The notes under the pieces are model-generated. The model made no database searches and had not been told where the DNA came from. It saw only the letters and a program-made list of their open reading frames with translations. A DNA stretch of 64,000 bases from Bdellovibrionales bacterium (GTDB lineage: Bacteria; Bdellovibrionota; Bdellovibrionia; Bdellovibrionales; UBA1609): contig OZ241456.1 of assembly GCA_965200875.1 (NCBI GenBank), positions 334,588 through 398,587 of the forward strand, written 5' to 3'. Position numbers and translations under genes: made by a program. Position 1 is the first letter of the stretch, and each line of letters begins with the position of its first letter. Shown piece after piece: positions 58,991-64,000 of the stretch.

Positions 58991-60202
58991 TTACTTTTCT
59001 TTTCTAAAGGCTCTGGCCGAAAGAGTAACAAGAGATTTATTGTCAAAAGGAACACCCACACCTATTCCGCTCCAAGCTGAATAAGGAGGTAAAATGTGCT
59101 TATTTTTTTCCTTAAGAAAATTAAAAAATCGTTTAGATGTCATTTTTGTGTGAAAAGTGTTCACTTCCATAAGGTCGTTTATACTCAAGCCAGTGAGTCG
59201 CAATATTTTTTTCAGCTGCTCAAACAGAAAACTGTATTGTTCCTTCTCCCTTATATTTAAACGACTACCAGCTGAAAACAAAGTACCAATATATACGATA
59301 TTTTTAAATTCAATCGCTGTGGAAAACTTTGAACCTTTTCTCTGGTGATATCTTATATTGTGTTTGGAGTTTTTTAAACGGGCGCGAACTGTTATTTCCA
59401 GAAGGCCGGCAGGATCTGCAATATCACTCACCATTAAGGGATTCCACACAATAGGTTTTTGGATAAATTCATCTCTGATTTTTTTAAAAATCCTTATATT
59501 TTTTCCACTGTTGACTCCAACAACATGAAATGTATCCAGCTCAATCACCTCATCCAGCCCGGAACCCACAGATTCCAAAGCTTTTTTAAGAGTCAAAAAA
59601 GCATCTTTAAACTGCTCTTCCACGGTTTTTCCTTTTGATACTCCTGAAAGACCGGATAAATAAACCAAATCATCGTCAATAATGGCAGGAGTGTATTTCA
59701 ACCGACTGATATTTTTATTCAGAGTATTTAAATAAATAAGTTTATCTCCTCCTTTTATTTTTTCTGCTCTAGCAGTTACTTTCAGCTTCTTGGTACCAGG
59801 AAAGAAATTTTTTATTTCCACGGCAGTCCATGTTGGATAAGGAGGTTTTGGGAAGTATTTGTCTTTTACTTTCAGAAAGATTTTTTCATGTTTAGATATA
59901 TCCACATGCCATGTGTAAATTTCCTTTATGTGTGAAATGTCCGATCCGGCGGTTTTTAATACTTTGGATAACTTGTTAAAGGTGGAATCAAATTGTTTTT
60001 CAATCGCGTTTTCTCCTTTAAACACTTCACCAGAAATTCCTGATAAAAAAAGATCATTTCCAATTTCAACAACCGCGCTGTAATGAGTATTTTTGGATGT
60101 TTTCTGAAAATCAGGAGGATTAATATGGTGCATTGTTGTTCCATCCTTAAATAGAGCGCAAGAGACAAAGAAAAGAAACACAAAAAGAAAACCATTTTTC
60201 AT
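58991..60202 (-). CDS. lipoprotein made of three tandem RidA/YjgF/UK114-like domains
   Basis: Lipobox LFFVS|C. Three ~120-aa segments each match the RidA layout: (Y/F)S.A(V/I)...(L/V)(F/Y)(L/I)SG...EEQF...L...L..(A/V)G..L..V......(H/F)(V/T)... ending ..(V/L)..(T/S)(A/V)RA. Confidence 0.65.
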   Translation of the reverse strand: MKNGFLFVFLFFVSCALFKDGTTMHHINPPDFQKTSKNTHYSAVVEIGNDLFLSGISGEVFKGENAIEKQFDSTFNKLSKVLKTAGSDISHIKEIYTWHVDISKHEKIFLKVKDKYFPKPPYPTWTAVEIKNFFPGTKKLKVTARAEKIKGGDKLIYLNTLNKNISRLKYTPAIIDDDLVYLSGLSGVSKGKTVEEQFKDAFLTLKKALESVGSGLDEVIELDTFHVVGVNSGKNIRIFKKIRDEFIQKPIVWNPLMVSDIADPAGLLEITVRARLKNSKHNIRYHQRKGSKFSTAIEFKNIVYIGTLFSAGSRLNIREKEQYSFLFEQLKKILRLTGLSINDLMEVNTFHTKMTSKRFFNFLKEKNKHILPPYSAWSGIGVGVPFDNKSLVTLSARAFRKEK

Positions 60203-61596
60203 AAAGATGTAAGAGTTTTCTTCGCAGAGTTTTTTATTAGGGATTGGGTGTAATTAATCCATTGCCTAGCCGTTTTAATCATCTGTCCTGTTGCTTTTGT
60301 GTTAATAACCTGTTCAAAAGATTTTATGGCTTTATCGTAGGCTTTTAAATTGACCTGAGCAATGCCGATAGAAATATAAATCTGTTCAGGACGTTTTATA
60401 TTTCCTTTATGGAGGGCTTTCGTAAAAGAGTTTACCACTTTATTCCAATTTTTGTTTTTCATGTAAATATGTCCAATCTTGGCAAATATTTTCCCATCTT
60501 TTGCCGAAGAACCAGCCAGCTGGTAAGCTTTTAAAGCTTTATTTGTTTCGTTTGCTCTTTCCCAGCAATCTCCCAATATTTCATAATTTTTTTGAGAGAG
60601 CTTTACTTTTTTAAGCTTAATGGAGTGTTCCATTAAATGACCAGCTTTAAAGGCAAGCCCTTTATGCAAAAGGAGACTGGTTAGGTGTAAAATCTCTTGT
60701 TCTTTTTCCAAAAAATCCAATTTATAGGCCAAATCCAAGGTAGCCAGCGCGCGATCTTCTTTATTAATGTTTAGATAGACCGCAGAAAGCTGTTTCCAAT
60801 ATTTTTTCTTGTCCGGCCAGCGCGCAGTCAATGTGGTCAGAAAACGCACAGCGGGTATGTATCTCTCCATTTCCAAATTGAGACCCGTTGCAAGAGCTAG
60901 CCAACTCTCTTTTGGATTCGTAGTGGACTTAAGAGCTTTCATTACCAGTTCCAGAGCTTGTTTTTTTTGTTTTCGTTCCATCAAAACAGTGGCTTTTAAA
61001 ACATAAAGTGGTGGAGGAATAGTGTCAGACAGATAAAATAATTGCTCTATAAGATCAGAGGCTTTTTTTATTTTATTTTTCATCAAATTCAAATAAGCCA
61101 TATCGTACAGAACAGATAGATGTTCCTTATAAGGAAGAGTTTTTAAACCCAAGGCTTTCTTATAGTAAAGGAAAGCTTTTTTTAAATCATCCTTGGATAA
61201 ATAGACACTCGCTTTTAGCTTGTAAAGATGTGCTAAATCGAAAGGTCGGTTTTTCACTGTTTTTTCCAGTTTATTAATAAGCTTCAGGGTTTTGTTTTCG
61301 GAATTTTTTTGATTCATTACCCGGTGAATACGATCAAGTCGCCGTTTCACTATAGGGGAAGTAAGAGCATTTTTGCGATTTTTAAGTTCTTTTTTAAAGG
61401 CTACCCACTGCTCAGGCATTTTTGTTTTAGTGTGTTGTGTTCGGTGATGTTCGGCAGATGGGCTTTCTTGTGTGTTGTTTTTTGTTGTGTTTTTTATGCT
61501 GTTTGGTGGATCTTTTTTCGCGACAAGTGTTTTTTGTTTTGCGTTTAAATATGGGCCACTGATCAACAAAGCCAGAAAAATGATTGTTTTTATCAT
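60199..61596 (-). CDS. exported TPR-repeat protein
   Basis: Signal peptide MIKTIIFLALLISGPYLNA|K. Multiple 34-aa TPR-like units (A...Y..AL......). Confidence 0.7.
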   Translation of the reverse strand: MIKTIIFLALLISGPYLNAKQKTLVAKKDPPNSIKNTTKNNTQESPSAEHHRTQHTKTKMPEQWVAFKKELKNRKNALTSPIVKRRLDRIHRVMNQKNSENKTLKLINKLEKTVKNRPFDLAHLYKLKASVYLSKDDLKKAFLYYKKALGLKTLPYKEHLSVLYDMAYLNLMKNKIKKASDLIEQLFYLSDTIPPPLYVLKATVLMERKQKKQALELVMKALKSTTNPKESWLALATGLNLEMERYIPAVRFLTTLTARWPDKKKYWKQLSAVYLNINKEDRALATLDLAYKLDFLEKEQEILHLTSLLLHKGLAFKAGHLMEHSIKLKKVKLSQKNYEILGDCWERANETNKALKAYQLAGSSAKDGKIFAKIGHIYMKNKNWNKVVNSFTKALHKGNIKRPEQIYISIGIAQVNLKAYDKAIKSFEQVINTKATGQMIKTARQWINYTQSLIKNSAKKTLTSL

Positions 61597-61635
61597 AAGA
61601 AAACACCTTGTGTTGAACCAACCCGATAAAGTTTT

Positions 61636-61664
61636 TATATACCAATAATTGTCATTAATGTCAA
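61636..61664 (-). promoter_or_regulatory. sigma-70-type promoter for the TPR/RidA genes
   Basis: The minus strand reads TTGACA, a 17-nt spacer, then TATATA. It lies about 35 nt upstream of the 61596 start. Confidence 0.45.
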
Positions 61665-61681
61665 AAATCTTAAAGGTTATT

Positions 61682-62974
61682 TTAAGAATGGTATTTATAG
61701 GCTTTTGGGTTTATTTCGTATTTTTTGATTCGTTCGGAGAGGGTGCTTTGAGCTATGCCTAGCTCTTTCGCTATTTTTTTCTGATTGCCCCGGTAAAATG
61801 TCATAGCTTTTAAAATAAGATCTTTTTCTATTGTTTTTATTACCGGTATTTGCAGGAGTTTTTGAGTAAATTCTTCTTTCTTGTCTGATGATAAAACAGG
61901 AGTGTAGATGAGGTGTGGTATTTGTTTTACTTCCACTGTTGTTCCTGAAAACAAAGCCTTAGCTCTGGCGACTGTATTTTTAAGCTCTCTGATATTTCCC
62001 GGCCATGAATGCCTTTTCAACAGCAAAATCGCTTTGTCTGAAAAAGAAATGTTATATTCATTACAAAAAAATTGCAGAAGATCATCGAAGTCCTCCATTC
62101 TGTTTGCCAAGTAAGGAGGGGAAAGATTGAGCACATGCAGTCGGAAATACAAATCAGAACGAAATGTTTTTTGAGCCACTTTCGCTTTTAAATCCTGATG
62201 AGTGGCTGATATAATACGAACATCCGTTTTTTTTACATTATCTGATCCAACCGGTTTAATTTCCTGATATTCTAGTGCACGAAGAAGTTTGGGTTGCAAA
62301 TGCAGAGGGAGATCTCCAATTTCATCCAAAAACAGAGAACCACCCTTAGCGGCCATAAACGCTCCCTGCCGATTGGTGAGCGCACCCGTATAACTACCTT
62401 TGACATGTCCAAAAAATTCACTTTCAATAAGAGACTCTGAAAGAGCACTGCAATTAATGGAAATCATAGGTCCTTTGCTTCTGTAGGAATAACGATGAAT
62501 TAATTTTGCCAGCATTTCTTTCCCTGTGCCTGAGGGACCGGTAATAAGAACAGGCATATTATTTCTGGCTATGTTGGGAAGTTTTTCCAGCTGTTGACTC
62601 CATTCCGGATTTTTGCTTTTTGTGTGAATATTCCAATGATTGTCAAATCTTTCAAAAGAGAAAGTAAATTCCTTTGTCCCCACTTGAATGCGATCATTGT
62701 TTTTTAAAACGGCTTTAAATACACGAGTGCCATTGAGAAAAGTGCCATTTTTGCTGTTCATGTCCTGTAATATAAAGCCTTCTTTTTCTTTTTTTTGAAT
62801 GCGACAATGTCTGCGAGAAATGAAACCGTCGTCCAGAACAATGATGTTTTCGCTATCTCTGCCTATACTGACAAAGGAAGAGATTTCCCTTTGCTCTGTA
62901 TGTGAATCTTCTGACCAGCGCAGAAAACCATGATTTTGGTTGTTTTTTTGAGGAGTTAATTTTTGTGTTAGCAT
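61682..62974 (-). CDS. sigma-54-dependent transcriptional activator with N-terminal FHA domain
   Basis: FHA (SIGRDSENIIVLDDGFISRRHCRI...NSKNGTFLNG). AAA+ domain with GPSGTGKE. GAFTGA-type loop GSYTGA. ESEFFGH. C-terminal Fis-type HTH (IAKELGIAQSTLSERIKK). Confidence 0.9.
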   Translation of the reverse strand: MLTQKLTPQKNNQNHGFLRWSEDSHTEQREISSFVSIGRDSENIIVLDDGFISRRHCRIQKKEKEGFILQDMNSKNGTFLNGTRVFKAVLKNNDRIQVGTKEFTFSFERFDNHWNIHTKSKNPEWSQQLEKLPNIARNNMPVLITGPSGTGKEMLAKLIHRYSYRSKGPMISINCSALSESLIESEFFGHVKGSYTGALTNRQGAFMAAKGGSLFLDEIGDLPLHLQPKLLRALEYQEIKPVGSDNVKKTDVRIISATHQDLKAKVAQKTFRSDLYFRLHVLNLSPPYLANRMEDFDDLLQFFCNEYNISFSDKAILLLKRHSWPGNIRELKNTVARAKALFSGTTVEVKQIPHLIYTPVLSSDKKEEFTQKLLQIPVIKTIEKDLILKAMTFYRGNQKKIAKELGIAQSTLSERIKKYEINPKAYKYHS

Positions 62975-63069
62975 TTTGTGCTCCTTTTATATATATATCG
63001 TTATTTTTTATGTTTTTTATTGTTGCAAAAAACATAACAGGGTTTTGTCGTCTAAAAATAGGGTTTTGG

Positions 63070-63113
63070 ATTCGGATTCCGAATTTTTTTCAAAAAAGAT
63101 TCGGATTTCGAAT
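63070..63113. promoter_or_regulatory. pair of 15-bp dyads (ATTCGGATTCCGAAT perfect 7-1-7 palindrome; ATTCGGATTTCGAAT) upstream of the FHA-sigma54 activator gene
   Basis: The two sites are 29 bp apart centre to centre and 95-140 nt upstream of the 62974 start. The second is the exact reverse complement of 47990-48004. Confidence 0.4.
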
Positions 63114-63282
63114 TTTTTGGATCAAGACAAAACTATATTGTTGCATCTTGTCAAGTTGGCATTCATTGGTTTTTTCAGGCAAAAAGTGAATGCTTCCTGT
63201 TTTTGTATATACCTGTTTTAAGTTTCTATCCTCCTTTTAAAATTCTTTTTGCCAATATGTTTAAACTTACCACTATTTACCC

Positions 63283-64000
63283 TCAGTACTTGTAATCATC
63301 TGGTTTGTAAGGGCCATTTACATCTAGGCCCAAATAATCTGCTTGGACTTGAGAGAGCTGGGTTAACTGAACACCCAGTTTTTCCAAATGCAAACGAGCC
63401 ACTTTTTCATCCAAGGCTTTAGGTAGACGATACACTCCTGGAGCATAACTGTCTTTTTGTTTCCATAAATCCAGCTGAGCCAACACTTGATTACAAAAGG
63501 AGTGGCTCATTACAAAAGAGGGGTGGCCGGTGGCGCAACCCAAATTCACCAAACGTCCTTCTGCCAAAACAATGATTTCCCGTTCATCAGAAAAACTATG
63601 TAAATCCACTTGTGGTTTTAAAAATGTTTTTTTGCTATTTTGGTTCAGCCATTTCATATCTATTTCCAAATCAAAATGACCGATATTGCAGACAATCGCT
63701 CCACTTTTCATTTTTAAAAAATGGTCTTTTGTGATGATATCTCTGCACCCGGTGGCTGTGACAAAAATATCCACTTGGTCAGCCACATTATCCACGCGAA
63801 CTACATTGTAGCCTTCCATACTGGCTTGCAAGGCGCAGATAGGGTCAATTTCAGAAATCAGCACCTGCATTCCATAAGCGCGAAGACTTTGCGCAGATCC
63901 TTTGCCTACATCCCCATAGCCAGCTACCAAGGCAGTTTTTCCAGCCAGCATAATGTCCGTGGCTCTTTTGATTCCATCCACCAAAGATTCTCTGCATCCA
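63283..64000 (-). CDS. ahcY: adenosylhomocysteinase (partial; N-terminal part lies beyond window end)
   Basis: ...[21 protein letters not shown], the NAD-binding GYGDVGKG, and C-terminal ...YRLPK.LDEKVA..HL..LG..LT.L...QA.Y. The frame is open to position 64000. Confidence 0.95.
   Translation of the reverse strand, partial: GCRESLVDGIKRATDIMLAGKTALVAGYGDVGKGSAQSLRAYGMQVLISEIDPICALQASMEGYNVVRVDNVADQVDIFVTATGCRDIITKDHFLKMKSGAIVCNIGHFDLEIDMKWLNQNSKKTFLKPQVDLHSFSDEREIIVLAEGRLVNLGCATGHPSFVMSHSFCNQVLAQLDLWKQKDSYAPGVYRLPKALDEKVARLHLEKLGVQLTQLSQVQADYLGLDVNGPYKPDDYKY

Noticed and set aside
60346-60371. TAAA-N14-GCCGATAG on the plus strand inside, and antisense to, the TPR gene.
   Set aside because: The spacing is one nt short. 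It lacks the TAAAGTCC extension shared by the three good sites. It is intragenic and antisense with nothing downstream to transcribe.

Overview
This is a 64-kb, AT-rich (mid-30s % GC by eye) bacterial chromosomal segment. I call about 55 protein genes and one tRNA; there is no rRNA, CRISPR array, transposase or integrase. Gene content and promoter style suggest a Bdellovibrio-like or Oligoflexia-type proteobacterium, but that is inference only.

Housekeeping blocks: an ABC exporter plus a partial PPTase gene, trhO, and a contiguous 7-gene pstSCAB-phoU-phoB-phoR operon with an 11-bp-periodic Pho-box-like array. Then pdxJ, a Cas4-like nuclease/exonuclease/SF1-helicase fusion, aroB, uvrB, an S41 protease, topA, infA, metG, rpoN and comM. 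Then an NCS2 purine permease, purQ-purS-purC-purB, apbC/mrp, scoAB plus thiolase, two OMP barrels, an FHA-sigma54-activator/TPR/triple-RidA operon, and partial ahcY.

Accessory block (about 4.7-21.3 kb), lying around tRNA-Met(CAU) at 6115-6188: downstream of the tRNA, every product is exported or membrane-anchored.
- a secreted lytic-transglycosylase-domain protein;
- an 857-aa secreted protein ending in a YafQ/RelE-like RNase domain, with no adjacent antitoxin;
- three paralogous Cys-motif lipoproteins;
- two tandem-repeat coiled-coil membrane proteins;
- an orphan cytochrome oxidase subunit IV-like gene;
- a two-gene operon of type IV pilin-like proteins, one carrying 25 tandem CxxC modules plus 7 vicinal CC pairs.

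Three near-identical sigma-28 (FliA)-type promoters (TAAAGTCC-N11/12-ACCGATA) sit in front of the pilin-like operon, the toxin-like gene and trhO.

Other unexplained sequence structure:
- a roughly 45-nt dispersed repeat in five copies, two of them inverted around the 6-kb pilin cassette;
- a GC-rich structured intergenic element;
- a 15-bp dyad shared by two distant intergenic regions.

All functional calls come from motif recognition by eye. No database search was run.
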